Shown here: positions 35,701-60,620 of the stretch, piece after piece | Numbering within the stretch: position 1 is the stretch's first letter | Layout of the letters: every line of letters begins with the position of its first letter | Source: Lingula anatina | Taxonomy: Eukaryota > Animalia > Brachiopoda | Length of the DNA stretch: 64,000 bases | Assembly: GCA_051362555.1 (NCBI GenBank) | Contig: CM120640.1 | Location: 51,624,788 to 51,688,787 of the forward strand | Direction of reading: 5' to 3' | The notes under the pieces: generated by a model | Told to the model about the DNA's origin: nothing | Seen by the model: only the letters and a program-made list of their open reading frames with translations | Databases searched by the model: none | Position numbers and translations under genes: made by a program

Positions 35701-36068
35701 CTTCTGATGAATGTTGGTGACCAGTACAACCAGTCAGAGGTATGTGATAAATATTATTGAATATTATAGGATATAATTCCAAAGATAAGCATTATTTAGC
35801 TTAAAAAAAGTTTGAAATATATTGACTTAAATAACATAAAATACCCAAAAGCTAATTTTTGTCAGCTTGACCCTATGAAGCAAAAATGCAGTTGTTGATA
35901 GGGCTATATATGATGGCATTAAATATACAGGAACAAAGTAACAAATATTTTCATCATCGTTTCCAGATCAATCAGACTTGGAAGGAACTGCCACTAGAGG
36001 GTGGGAGGATCGACTATGTCAAGTTCACCAAGATTCTGAAGGGCAGCAATACAGAGGATGTGGCATAA
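26799..36068 (+). CDS. Myosin regulatory light chain, invertebrate muscle type, alternatively spliced (~177-191 aa typical isoforms)
   Basis: Exons: 26799-26810 (MAED); 2a 30663-30827 or 2b 30900-31013; 31740-31815 (EF-hand [26 protein letters not shown]); 4a 33393-33494, 4b 33571-33672 or 4c 33743-33847; 35341-35419 ([15 protein letters not shown]); 35691-35739; 35967-36068 ([22 protein letters not shown]). Contains the MLCK-type site [11 protein letters not shown]. Confidence 0.95.
29655..29851 (+). promoter_or_regulatory. Candidate internal RLC promoter with a CArG box and a first exon ending in ATG
   Basis: Perfect CArG box CCATTTAAGG at 29670-29679, followed by TATACA. AAATC-ATG|GTAAGT at 29849-29857 is a consensus donor directly after a start codon, phase 0, giving M-ASKARVQ... 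with exon 2a. Confidence 0.6.
30663..30827 (+). CDS. RLC alternative exon 2a ([55 protein letters not shown])
   Basis: TTTAG| acceptor and GAG|GTAACA donor, 165 nt, phase 0/0. Its 3' half is paralogous to exon 2b. Confidence 0.9.
30900..31013 (+). CDS. RLC alternative exon 2b ([38 protein letters not shown])
   Basis: TGCAG| acceptor and GAG|GTTGGA donor, 114 nt, phase 0/0. Confidence 0.9.
33278..33304. repeat. Poly-C tract upstream of the RLC exon-4 cluster
   Basis: Seen directly in the sequence. Confidence 0.9.
33393..33494 (+). CDS. RLC alternative exon 4a ([33 protein letters not shown])
   Basis: AG| acceptor and G|GTAAGT donor, 102 nt, phase 1/1. Branch-like TGACTAAT at 33361. Confidence 0.9.
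33571..33672 (+). CDS. RLC alternative exon 4b ([33 protein letters not shown])
   Basis: AG| acceptor and G|GTAAGT donor, 102 nt, phase 1/1, paralogous to 4a. Confidence 0.88.
33743..33847 (+). CDS. RLC alternative exon 4c ([34 protein letters not shown])
   Basis: CAG| acceptor and G|GTAAGT donor, 105 nt, phase 1/1, paralogous to 4a and 4b. Confidence 0.88.
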
Positions 36069-39000
36069 AACAAACATGAAACAGACTATGCTACTCTAGG
36101 AGCCTCCATTACCTCGTCTCGAAATCAACATCCGAAAAGAAGAAAAAAAATTACACTGTTACATATCTGTTAGTCACAAGAACTGATGGTGTAACATCTG
36201 ATTGGATTTATGAGGAAGGCCAGTTATTTGGCCTCTTTGTGACTAACAGTATATGACTTTATTTCTTGTCTTTGTGCTGTCGTGTGATGTCTTAAAGTGA
36301 ATGAACGTCACCCGCTTTGTAATGCTTGTTGAGAATTAAGTGGTATTCCTGCAGCCATGATGGAAATGAAAGGAATGCACATGTTCTATCGAATGAAATG
36401 TTACAACCCCCTAAATAGACATGGGTAATTCACGTGGAAGAGGGCTAAGGAAGATAGCAAGACTGCATTTTAAAACTGGGTGACTTCATCATGGTGTCAG
36501 TTTTGTCTTTGTATTGTCTGGGTAGCCTAGGTGAAAACAAAAAATGAAAAACAACCAAAAAAAGTTACCCAAGTCTATTTGGCCAAAGAGCTCAGCATTC
36601 CACATCATGCAACTGGCCAAAGCAGCAGGGCCCGAGACTCACCGGAACTGTAGTCTGTCTGAAGTGCCCACATACTACAGCTTCCCTTGTGAGTTGATGC
36701 TACAGGCCTTTGTGCCTGCAATTTCTCTGTTGGCCAAGTAGGCTTGAGTCCTAAAGTGGATGACAACATCTCTACTACAAGGAAATGCCATAGCTGCAGG
36801 ATCTTGACCATTTTCTTTGCGTGACTGGCCCAGAAACCCCCCTCTAGTTATGAGCTGAAAGAACAAAAATGTACACAGTGGTATACTATGAACAGAACGG
36901 CAATATCTCATTCGAAAAGAATTTTAAATAATGACAAATGATTTAAGTACAATACATGACAATACATTACAGTAAATAACTGAGTATAATCATATTAATG
37001 ATGGTATGTAGATTTCAGATTTTATTTCATAACTATTGGCGATCACCCACTCTTAAGATTATTGGAACCAATTCATCATGATCTGTCTAATTTCTCTCTC
37101 AGCTTCATCATATGGAACAGTGTGATAGAGTAGAGCAAGTACTTGATCTACCAGAGAGATAGGCCTGGCTATCTCTTTGCATGGCAGTGAGTGAGGATTG
37201 TTGTAATTTTTATAAGAAACATTAAAAACCACTGTGCACAGTTAAGTATTTGTCTTATGCTTTATTTGACAAGCCATGTATAATGCTATGTACAATTTTA
37301 TTATCATGATGCTCCTTTGGGGATGTTTCTCAAAATACTTTGCCATTTTAAGTAATTGGATGTTAACTAGATCACAGGGGTCTATCTGTTTATATTTTGT
37401 TACTATTTGATTTTAAAAAAATTGCCAATCTTTCAAAAGCTGAACTAATTCACAGAGCATCTTGTTAATCTTCTTTAAGCGCTGGTTCTTCGAGTCGTCT
37501 CCTACAGCATGAGCAACATCTCAAACATGATATGGGCCCTATAACCTGCAAATCCGCTCGTCTGTAGGTATCTGCATATTCAACAAGCAGAATCAAAAAT
37601 ATTTTGTATTTTATTCCAACCAAATATTTCTAAATTTTTGTATACAAGTCCCGTTTTTCAAAAAAAGACATTCTTAATTTTTTGGATAAATTGATTTTTT
37701 TGATTACATATTCTTTTAAATTTTTTCTAGAGCAGGAGGAAAGGTATATGTTTCTTCTTTTGAGGATTTTCTCAACTTTACTAACACAAGTAAATAAACT
37801 AAATAAGCAGGTGACAACTGTATTTATTGAGTAAAGTGAATATAATAACAAACTACATATCTTCAACACTAAAGTGACTTGTGAACTTCATTGAAAAGTT
37901 CTTACAAATGAAGCTTTATAGCTACATTTTGATATGGCCAACCTAGTGTTGACACCATACAATATCTACCTGATAATATTACTTTGTCTAAATGTGATCA
38001 ATTTCTTTTCTACTAATGACCAAATACACTTTTATTCATGACACACATCACCCTGGCACTAAAATTCAGACTAAAGTAATAAAAGCTTCAAAGTAGCCAA
38101 AATGGGTGTAACATGGTGGCCATTCCATTTATAATTTTTCAAAATATTTGAGTTATAAACATGTCATCGAAGATCAGTCCTTTTTACTGTATATAGAGTT
38201 GTTAAGAAATGTGACAACTCTGATTAACAATACACTATTCAATATTTTTTCAATAATCACTTTTTATATTAGTATAACAAAATGCCTTGTGAAACTTTCT
38301 GTGCATTAGTCCAAATGACTGTAACATTAACAGACCTGTATGTATGGCTTAAAGATAAAATGCTATGTAACTTATTTGTCTTAAGTCTATCCAAGAAAAA
38401 AAACCTAACATATAAACTCCAACAAGCTATATCTAAGGAGATCTTGTAATAAATATGCACTCAAATATTAATAAATATATTTTTATGTATATAATACTGT
38501 AAAATAAACTTAAATCTGGCAGCACAATTGCACATCATTGAAAATTGTGAAAATAAAACAATTTCTAACATTTTTTCAAAAAAGTAAATTGTTTTGGGGA
38601 CTTCATATCTGGCACTGAAAGCTGGTATCTCTACAGTTGTGCCTACAAAAAAGGCTTAAAGCACATCAAATCACATCACACTAAGCAACAAAGATGTTGG
38701 TGAGTTCAACATTTTGTACTAAAATATTTTTTCAATATTTCTTTGGAAACATAAATCATATTGCAATCACATGCAACTGATTAGAGACTTGAACATGGTA
38801 TATCCTGCAAAGACTGATTACAGCAAAGAAAAAATGCTTTCAATGCTGTGATGTAGTAAAGGTAGAAACTTAAATCATGAATATTGTAATGTTTGGCACT
38901 CCCATGAGAATGTCCTTTTTCTAATCTAAAAGAATATGAATTGACTGGTTATGTATTTTTCAGCATCTGTTTTACATCATAGCTACATAAAATAAACATA

Positions 39001-39324
39001 ATTATCATATCATTCTAAAATATAATAAATTAATATTGCTTTGTACTGAAAAGATATAATCCAATGTCTTCCTTTTGATTAATTACACAAGCACTTTTAC
39101 TAATATAAAATATGTTGTCAAAGAGCTCAAATTTTCCAGAAAGAAGCCTCAACAAACAACATATGGCCAAATAAATGCTTTGCATATGCTAGCAATATCA
39201 CTTTAGCAACACTGGAGTGCCCTTTATCACAACTACATATTGCCGCTGGCCATTGATTTCACATTACTCAAGTCCTCATACAATATTATTTATATCCCTC
39301 CGGTTCTACATAATAAGCACATCC

Positions 39325-50975
<11,651 letters not shown>

Positions 50976-53489
50976 GGCATACAAATGAGCACTGAAATAA
51001 TATATAAATTGTAACAACCATAACATTAATAAAAAAAACAGTATATTAATCAATTTTACTCTATTACATATCTCCCCTAAGCTATGTGGAACTTATCAAT
51101 GCCAGAATAATGGATTAACCTCATTACTTCAATCGATCTTAGAAGGCTGCATTACTATTTCAATCATAATCAGTATTTCATCCTGCATCTAGGATTAAGA
51201 TCATTTTATCAAGTTCTAGTCACTTTCTCAGAATGTAAAACATATCACATTCAGACCTCCATCCTGAGTCCATGACTGTCCTGCTTGTCACGTCCTCCTC
51301 CAAATGTGAAGTGAGCACGCTGTGCGCAAGCTCTCTCTCTTACATATGGGATATCAACCCTGACAATCTTCAGTCCACATGAAGCTATTACAGCAAATGT
51401 CTGCACTCAAACCAAGTGTGTGTTTGGGTGACTGCACAAACAATATACAGCCAATGCAACAGTTCAGGGATTCTCTACACCAGACAAAATCCATTAACAC
51501 ACATTGTCTATTTCCCCTATTAGATGAATTGATCTGATGAAACAAATCTAGCATATCTCTGCACAGTGAAGATGTGGTAATTCCTTTTAGGACTGCATCA
51601 GCAACGCATCCTTATCATTTCACAAACACCATTAGTTTGCTCCCTGCTTACATATTTGAGGTACAACACAAAAGCATTCAATTTATTTCACATTAACGAC
51701 ATCAGCATAGTAATGTCATGCAACATGGATCAAAATACCAATCATCTCACACTGCTTTCTAATCATAAACTGCAATGAGTGCAACTATTCTAAATTTAGA
51801 TTACAATTTTACTTTCTGAGATCTCATGAATGAAATTATTTTAAGTACAAATACTACCTTAAGTTTATACAATCTGATCATACATTAAAATCTGATCAGG
51901 CATAAGAAAATGTTAAAATGCTGGCATACTGATTGCTCTTACAATCCTATTACTAGTGCCTTTGATCTGTAGGAGGTGCAGCCATTTTCAAGAGGATAGT
52001 GTAGCTAGTGGACCCTACAAGCCTATCAGGAGGGAGAGATACAGGGTTCACAATAAGATGAACAGATAAGTGAAAAAATATCTTAAGTGGGAATTAAATG
52101 AAATTTCTGTTGTTTTTGAAATATCTACATATTTGTAGATACTCTGAACCATCTAAAAATTAATGAAATAATAAAATGAATGCCCATGCTCAAATATTGC
52201 ATTTGTTCTCATGTGGATGCAGGGGATGCATGTTCAGGTAACCATTCGGTTCCACCCACCCATCCTCTTCCTCTCATTGTGCTACAAGGTCAGAATAACA
52301 GGGTGCCACCAAAGTACACTTCTTGATATTATCTATCAATGAGAATCATCCGATATAGTGCCAAGTCCTGTGACTTACTGTAAAATCAAGTGCGATTTTG
52401 TGGAATTTACAGGAGAATGGGGTCAGAAATAATACCAGACTAATAACTAGGTGCAGCAACAAATAAAAGCTGACAGAATTTATACACAAATATTTTACAT
52501 GTTGTTTTCTCCAATGTCATATTATATGTCATTACACTGCAAATTAACCATGTTTTGCACGTCACTTTTGTATGTAGATTTTTTAGATGACATTACTGGC
52601 ACACAGTGTCACCATTATCACTGGAAAGTTAGCCCCACCTCAGAGGGATTCTAGCATGTTTTCTTGTCTCAGATGACATCATGCTATGCCAACAGCCTTG
52701 GATAATTGCCGGTGAGATACGTCGGCTAGATTAATACGTCATCTGTTTGTGCACACTTATGACGTTTACTGCATTCATATACCGTCGTCCTATCTAGTCT
52801 GCAGAATGCAAGTGCTCCTATCTAGGCAGTGCGGAAGATTATTGAAAATAGTTATTAAAGGTTATGTTTGCTAATTTATATGCCTTATATACTATTTTTA
52901 CAATAGTTCAAGTGTACGTTCATGCAAATTTCGACTTTTTAAGAGAGAGGAGTCGCTAGTTTTGGTTTATCAGGCACGTAGTCGGGGGTTGATCATGGGG
53001 TTCTTACCAACCGCCATTTTTGTTGGAAAAAATTGCACTTTTGGGTAATATTTGTCTCCTTTTTCATAAAAAAGAATCTCCCCCTTGGAAATTGATGGCT
53101 ACGGGGCCGTATATTGTTATTATATTGGAATGAGCGCCACCTATGGCGCGAAGTGCCAGCATTCTGGGATTTTACTGGAACGTGAAGAGAGTAGGGCGTT
53201 ACTGGATACATTTGCACATACGTAACAATCTAGCCATCGTATCCCAACTGCACCGGAAACTCTCTATTTTCCATTCCAGCTCTGTCAGCAGTGTTCTCTG
53301 CAAGTGGTTTTGGGACAGGGTCAGAGAGAGAATTTTTGTCATTTATATTCCTCCTCTGTGTATATTTCTGTACTGTGACCCTGTGATGAAACATTAACTT
53401 CAATTACAGGGTTGGTCACTGTTACATTACCACACCAGGCACTCTTCTTCTGATAGCAATCAAGACAGCTAATTAGTTGTAATTACTTG

Positions 53490-53715
53490 CACCCCATTTC
53501 CATAGATTTTAGATCGATCTATCCCTGTGGGGAGTCTCACTAGATTACTGTCAGCTTGGCCAGCTTAAGCATCTGTCCCGCCTACTAAAAGCTGTAAGGG
53601 GGTAATTAACTATGGTGTCCGCTCGGCTGACTGCAATTTAGCCTGAACCCCCAGGGAGTTAGGTCGATCTAAATCTTAATCTCTGGATCGATCTAAATCT
53701 CTGGGAAAGCACCCT
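53490..53715. mobile_element. PIF/Harbinger-like MITE, diverged reverse-orientation copy of 1148-1362
   Basis: Shares the reverse complements of internal segments (GGGGAGTCTCACTAGATTACTGTCAG, GCTGTAAGGGGGTAATTAAC, CCCCCAGGGAGTTAGGTCGATCTAAA) and the same TIR cores. Confidence 0.8.
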
Positions 53716-55870
53716 TGGTGACAGACAAAATATATACACTTGATAATAGCAGGATACTTCAGAATGAGGCTAATTGAGGGAATTCACAATACAATAATAC
53801 CCTGTTCACACTGCCATCTGAAAAATCTGGATTTTAAAATTTGGATTTTAAAGTAAAAATTGATTTGCTTCCCTGTACACAAAGCAAAGCTAAACAGAAT
53901 CCCACACTGAAAATCCAGGTACTGCTTCCTGTTTAAACAATTGTACATGTGCTACACAGGAAAACCCTGTGCACATACAAAAATATGGTGCCAATTTACT
54001 GCTCTATTTGTTCTCTGTTTTTTTTTTTTTTTGTTTTTTTTTGATCATCTGTTTTTGTTTGTCACATCAAATTCAACTCAAAAGACATTCCAGCATTCTC
54101 TTCACTCATACTTTAACAGCAGCACATGGGGGTGGGGGGATCCAGAGCTATTTACTGACAGTCTTCCAATTGTCTGTGTTGATTCATCCTCCAATTTTGA
54201 CCATCTTCCGACAGAAAAAATTAGATACCCATCAATGTAAACTTGAAAACTGACCGTCTTCCAGAAGACCCAGAAGACGGCTTAAATCCGCCCCTGGCAC
54301 ATAACAAAAAAGTTTTCATTTCCCCACACTTCTGTGTGCACTTGCACAATGAGACCCTTATCAGGTGCTAGTTTTGGTGGGTTATTTAAATTGCTGTCGA
54401 AAATCCAGCTCCGTAGCAGGCTTTTGAAAAACCGATTACTACTAGTACTGAAATCCTCATACATTTTCACTACTGCAATTAATACAATCGTGTCCCAATT
54501 TTCTATTTATAATAACAGTTTTGGTGAAACTTGTTGAACATTTTCAGAAGCCAAAATGCAAAATGTTTACATTTTTTTCATTCTAGAGGTCCTTTGATGG
54601 CATCCTGATATTTTATTATTTCTTAGGCCTTGAATTGTAGGGAAGTTTAACTATCTGATTAAGTTTAAAAAATAATTCTCTTTGTTTTGTTTCATTCAAA
54701 CAATCATACATTATGCCAGAAGTTGTCACGTCTTGAAGCCAAGAAAGTCTCCCCTTTTTTGAAGAATGCCTCAAGGGCACAGATTTAGACTATTATTGCC
54801 AATCAGCAATGCTGAAGAAACAGATTGTTTGTGAAGCCTTGTGGACTTTATTATTTAAATCAATTTTGCGAAGACAAAGGAAAGTTCTCCTAAGCATGTA
54901 GTTATAGGACTTGTTTGACAGATAAGTAAAAACATAAATGTAATGAGTATTTAGCATCTTCAGTATTTTGCTTGCTTTCTTAAGACAAAGGAAGTACATC
55001 TGAGTAAAGATATTAGATTTTCTCTTACATTTCATCAGGGTTTTTTCCCCCACAGAAATGAGGTAATTATCCAGCTGGTCTCTGGTAGAGTAGGATGACC
55101 ATTTCAAAATAACTTTGGGTATTATTTCCTTATTTCTGCGGAAATCCTTCAACCCAAGGTAAACCCAATGACTGTCTACCTTCCAATAAAGTTTCTCAAG
55201 CAATATCTTGTTAAGGAAGTAGATTGCAAAGGTTTTACAATTAATTCTGTTGGGTCACTGATTTCTACCATCTGGTTCTTTTCCTGGTTTACGTACAGAC
55301 AAATTTGCCTACATTGTAACTGCTCATCCAGACAGGTTTTCCACCATAAATGGGGACAAGTTTAGCGAGCAAATTCATGAAGGCTTATACCAAAACCATC
55401 TTTTCTATTGCCCTTGAAAAAGTTGTTAGTCAATGTATCATCTGAAAACAGATTCTCCCTAGCTTTCTCATACGAGATTACAGTCATGTTCTAACTGAAC
55501 AATTTATAGAAATCATCCGAGGCTGTCTGTACAGTACTGTACTGTGACATCATACAAGATTAGTAAAGGTGAGAAACCTTTTACTAACAAGAGTGAAACA
55601 CAATGAATGTCACCTTAGAAAGCAATACATAAGTAAGAGTACACTGCAAAACATGAGGAATACGTGCAAAATACTGTAATTCTACCAAATTTAAGAGAAA
55701 TGAACCTCAAAACAATTAAAAAAAAAAAAAAAATTGCTTTCATCTATTGTTGCACCACATTCCCTGGTGTCATTATTTCTTATCCCATTCTCTTCCATAA
55801 CTCATAAAATGTCACTTGCTTTTAAGCACGATTCCCATTTGTCACCACTGTGCAAAGAGGGTCCCATTGG

Positions 55871-56833
55871 CAGGCCTTCCCAACTACCAGACTCGGCACC
55901 TACGGGTCCAGAATAAACCGGTATATCTGACCACACTACCCGTTTTCAAGGTGTGTGTCAGATCGCATAAAAGAGTATCATACCCTATCACAAATTCTGT
56001 AAGCCTACCTGTCATCCGGGTATCGCGCCTCGTTTTCGTCAAGTAGGAGTCGTATGAATACAACAGACGACTCCCTCAATCAGGGGGTGGAAACGCGCTA
56101 CTTATATGATTAAGACGAGCCTAGCCGTCAGTACCGGTTATTGTTTTGTGACCTTGAGGAGCAATTAGGTTTGGTCGTTGCGGCACGCATGAACAGTAGT
56201 TGAACTACCACACCTGGGTGTTATGTTTCTGACAACTGTTCACTCGTCATCGAGGCGCTTGTTCAAGACTACAGGCTGATATCTACTAGTACTACCAGTG
56301 GCTTCATTAGTAACGTTCCCACAATACTTAAGTTTTCTGTCCGTGCGTACAAACCCTGAAAAAGGACAGCCTCGCTGACGAGAACAATGGACGTTTCTCA
56401 CCCCTCTCTAGGATTACCCCTGCCCTCAATCTCGTCCATCCCGGTAGTCATGAAAATATTTAACCCCCGACAGAATATGCTTCCGCTATCAAAATTAGGT
56501 CTACTTTTCTAAATTAATATATAAGTTTGCAAGTTCTTATTTACAAAACATCAATGGCTATGTCCAAACCTAAATTTTATGTTAAAATTGCGGTACTGTC
56601 AGATTTTAGCATAAACAGAGAAAATTGCAGCAGCGCATGAATCTAGATGAGATGCACTACTTTCCAACCCCGTTTAGGATCATTGCTATCACATCGCGCA
56701 CCAGGCAAAATCGGTGTGGTGGCTGATACTCTGTAATGCGATCTGACACACACCTTGAAAACGGGTAGTGTGGTCTGATAAACCGGTTTATACTGGACCC
56801 GTAGGTGCCGAGTCTGGTAGTTGGGAAGGCCTG
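55871..56833. mobile_element. 963-bp non-autonomous DNA transposon with ~110-bp TIRs and 5-bp TSD (hAT5-like)
   Basis: Left TIR 55871-55980 (CAGGCCTTCCCAACTACCAGACTCGGCACCTACGGGTCCAG...) matches right TIR 56724-56833 with only a few mismatches. ATTGG is duplicated at 55866-55870 and 56834-56838. Confidence 0.9.
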
Positions 56834-57006
56834 ATTGGGGAAGTAGTGATTACAGCTCACAGGAAATAAAATCAGCAATTCACAAATCACAATAAATAAA
56901 TCTTTACTAATATCTCATTGAAAATACAGGAAATAAGAGTTAAAAATCAAAAATCAATTAGTATAATGATTCATTTCATGGAAAACAAAGAATAAAGAGC
57001 CACGTT

Positions 57007-57075
57007 CCTTACGAAAAAGTCCTATAGGATCCTATAGGAAATTGGCCCAATTTCCTATAGGACTTTTTCGTTAGG
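57007..57075. repeat. Compact palindrome / mini-MITE with TCCTATAGGA repeats
   Basis: ACGAAAAAGTCCTATAGGA ... TCCTATAGGACTTTTTCGT inverted repeat, with a third internal TCCTATAGGA. Confidence 0.75.
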
Positions 57076-57776
57076 TACTTTCAAGAGTCATAAGGATGGG
57101 GTTCTTCATGGATCATGCTAAATAACATGAGCATTTCACACATCTTGGGATATGAAAAGTGGCTTTCACGGGTAACAAAAATACCCAATGGGACCCTGTG
57201 CAAAGGGAGCAAACGACAGCACGGGCAAAAGGTTAGTAATAAAGTACACTATGACATGGTGCATACTAATATACAACAGAGGGATGAAGGCCACATCAAC
57301 ATGCCGTCATATCTAACCATGCCGTTGCAGATGAATTTTCACATTCATGCTCTTAAACAACATCAGTTTTGTTTTTATCATCATATCGATTGTAATTCTT
57401 CATCATTTATGCACCAACTTATAACCTTCAGACTGTATACTATTTTTTATCATTTCATACAATTAATACACATGTACCATGAGGCATGAAACATTAACCA
57501 AGTTTGACTGCGGAGATTCTTTTGTTACTTGTAATGTTAGTTGGTACGCAGTAGAATATAGATCTAGTAACGCTATTATCATTTACGAGTCTAGAATTAG
57601 AAAACGCAATATTAATATCATGTCAACAATGTTAATGCCTTTATGCGGTAGTTTTACATGTACCGCATCGTATTTCTACGTTATATCAGATACATTTCCA
57701 AAATCAAAAACCGTTCATGCCGTGAACACATCTCAGTATGTAAAGGAAAACCCCATGACATGTTAAAGTTCTTACC

Positions 57777-58080
57777 TTGATTTTATATTTCCCAAGGATA
57801 TTGATAGTAAAGTGCAGACCTCAACAAAGTCGTAATAACAAACACCAAAGTACTGTTTAGGAAGTATATACGCAAAATAATAGTCCAAACAAAAATTCGT
57901 TTTTCAGAATTTATAACTGCAAAAATACCGACCACCAGTGGAACAAATTCTTAAGTACAAAGTTAGCTGCACAACTGAAGTTTTTTCTCAATATAATTTA
58001 TTTAAAACAAGTATTGTTTGCTGCCAATAATATCCATCCGCAATTGCGTTAGATGTGATTCTGTCCGGATGTGTCAGTGG
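57777..58080 (-). other. Candidate non-coding first exon / promoter of NT5C2
   Basis: Minus-strand donor TCAAG|GTAAGA at 57777/57776. The NT5C2 ATG exon has an acceptor at 50992 and needs an upstream exon. ETS-like CCGGATGT at ~58065. Confidence 0.35.
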
Positions 58081-58419
58081 TAAAACTGTTAACTAAAATT
58101 TCATTCCTCGTGCAAAAAAGCTGAATCCTTTACAACTGCTACACCTTCTGACAAACTCATCATTATCTATACTACTAAGGAAAAATAAACTAGAATTACC
58201 CTTTTAAAAACATTTCAAAGGGACAAGCAGACGATTAAATCTCCGGCACTTAAATTTGCAGTAGGCCTACCGCCATCCAACCATTTAGGCCCAACTAGTA
58301 GGGCCTACTGTGATATTCACTATCTTTTCTAAATTCATTTGTGTGGTGATTTAAAGCATTGTCTCCGCTACTCAAATCAAGTTTAGCAATTCTTAAAAAC
58401 TGTTTTCAAGTTGTTTTAA

Positions 58420-60542
58420 GGCCGGTCATAGTAAAAGGACCAAAGTCATAGAAACAAAGCCCTGGGCTTATAAGTTTTTATAAAAAATTAAAACAAACTT
58501 CCCAAAAGGCCAATTAAAGACGGGGATTAAGTACAGTGTCCAACGGATGACGCTCTGGCGCCAATTTGAGGGGAAAAATGCCGGTTTCGGTATTGGGATT
58601 TTCTCTATAACCAAGACAGCTATTCAAGTGATTCAAAAGGCCTCATAAAGCTGGGTGAAAGCACTACAGCAGGGTACCAGGGAATTGTCTTAAACTATTT
58701 ACTTTTGATTTTATCATCTTTTACGTTAAATTACCCCATATTTCAATGGCTTATTCACTTCAAAAGGCGATATCTTTCAAACAAACAATTTTCTCTTAAA
58801 CCCCTGATATCATGCTGTAGTCCACATTCCTAACAACAATAGGTGCAACTTTTGTAACGATCGGTTGCTCAGATAGTGAGATGTACTTGGCAGCGATTCA
58901 CTTATCTCGTCAATATAGAAAGCTGTTAAAACAGCCAAAAACGTTCACAGGTTGGTTAACAGGGCTTATTAGTCAAATGCTTAGCTGGCAAATTTACCTG
59001 TTATCGGTTATACGATCAGCTGGAACCATTGCTTATTGTCATCTAAAAATATTTTGTTTGGGTGCTTTGAAGGGGCAGAAAATCGTGCTTTTGTTACATT
59101 TTCCGACCACTCGTTAGGCATGTAAGCGTGCCGCCATTTTGATTGACAGCTCTGGAGAGGGCCCTAGCCTTGTGATGCCCAGTAGGGTGTCAAGGATATG
59201 TAGAAGGAAGCGCTAACAAAGGCGATTACGTTTAACCGCAATTAAGAGGTGTGAAGTTGCATTTGAACGTTTCAATGGCTCTTCCTCGGCAATCGAGTAA
59301 TTTTACCTGAGAGATTCCTTCTTTGTTATCGGCAAAGTGATCAGATAAAACTGTGTCGAGAGCAAGTGTCCGTCACTTGTGTTGATACGAGTTTTTTGAC
59401 GGGTAACGCTGCAGGATTATTTTGCACGGCACTTGGTAGTCGTCAGATCAACGGAAAAATCCAGTGATTACTTCAGAGCGGTCTCGCTCAAAATGCCAGC
59501 TAAGATAAAGGGGAGACGCTCAGCTGCACAAGATTCAGCGGTAAAAGTGGCTGAGAGAAGGCTTTTGAATAAATATTTTATTTTTACACACATGACACTT
59601 AGACCCTATTTGCTTTTTACCTGCTAGCCTTGACTATTCTCGGGGTCTTTTTGTGATTTCATTTTTGGACACTTGAACTCTTTCTTCCCGCTTGATCAGT
59701 GATTTTGAAATTGTTTTTCTCCAAATATCGCAAAATGCAAAGCCGCTAACATGCGTTTTTATTTTCATTGTTTTAATCATGCTGTCAACCTTTGCTTGGA
59801 TTTGTCTTGTTTGGCCATTCAAATCACAATTTTTCGCGTGTCTCTCAAGCTCCATGATATCATATCTTGGAGAATAAAATTTTATTTTGTCAACATTAGA
59901 TTTACCTTTTGCAAACGGCGACCAACAATCATTTCCGGTTTCGTAACGTGTCGCAGATACGCTCGACGATATATAAATTAAAAGGCTAGGCTAAAAGTAT
60001 CCTTTTTTAGCTTTTTTTATTTATGTTTTTATCGATTTTTCTTTCATTTGTCAATTAATTTAGACGTTTCGATTAACTCTTTCACCCATTTAATAGGTAT
60101 ACAGAAATCAGTCATCCGACTGAACAAATAGGGCCGGTTTTCCCCAACCGCCACGCATAGGCCTTACTCTCAAAATTTTCCTTCTTTCCTCTGGAAAGGG
60201 ACTTTTAACACGAACTTTTCTCTTCCCCATAGTGTACTAGCTAGACTTCTTCGCTGCTAAGCTGATGTAAGACTTATGACCTATTACCGCACACGTAATC
60301 GGCTTATAACTCATTAACTGTGCTCCGACCCCCTCATGGCAACGGCCCTTAGTAACAGAGGCGTGGCTTAGTTGTCAGCCTGACTGGGGCGCGTGCCGGT
60401 TGAAAAACTCATCAAAAGACGCATTTTGCGATGCAAATTCATAAAAATTATTACATCCAACGTTAGATACTTTTTTGATTAATATAAACACACAAAAAAC
60501 TCAAAAACACGATTTTAAGCGTATTTAACCCTATCACCGGCC
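58420..60542. mobile_element. ~2.1-kb non-autonomous TTAA-targeting DNA transposon (Kolobok-like)
   Basis: TTAA|GGCCGGTCATAG ... CTATCACCGGCC|TTAA: TIR 11/12 matching, TTAA duplication, purine-purine termini (unlike the CCY ends of piggyBac). The interior is CpG-rich relative to the flanks. No intact transposase. Confidence 0.75.
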
Positions 60543-60620
60543 TTAAATGAAACTTTAGAAACTATGCCTTCCAAATATTATGAGAGCCGAGGCTATAGCT
60601 GGGGTAAAAATCAGCTGTAA

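Noticed and set aside
36180-36240. CTGATG within a three-way fold resembling a hammerhead ribozyme
   Set aside because: It lacks the CUGANGA and correctly placed GAAA core.
52700-53260. CpG-richer patch with CCGCCATTTT and GCGCCACCTATGGCG motifs
   Set aside because: Probably a repeat fragment. I could not define termini or a second copy.
54793-55257. 136-aa minus-strand ORF with an internal donor at 55028, a possible NT5C2 N-terminal exon
   Set aside because: There is no upstream ATG in that frame. The donor phase (1) does not fit the phase-2 acceptor at 50991, and the phase-2 frame has a stop 12 codons upstream. No recognisable homology.
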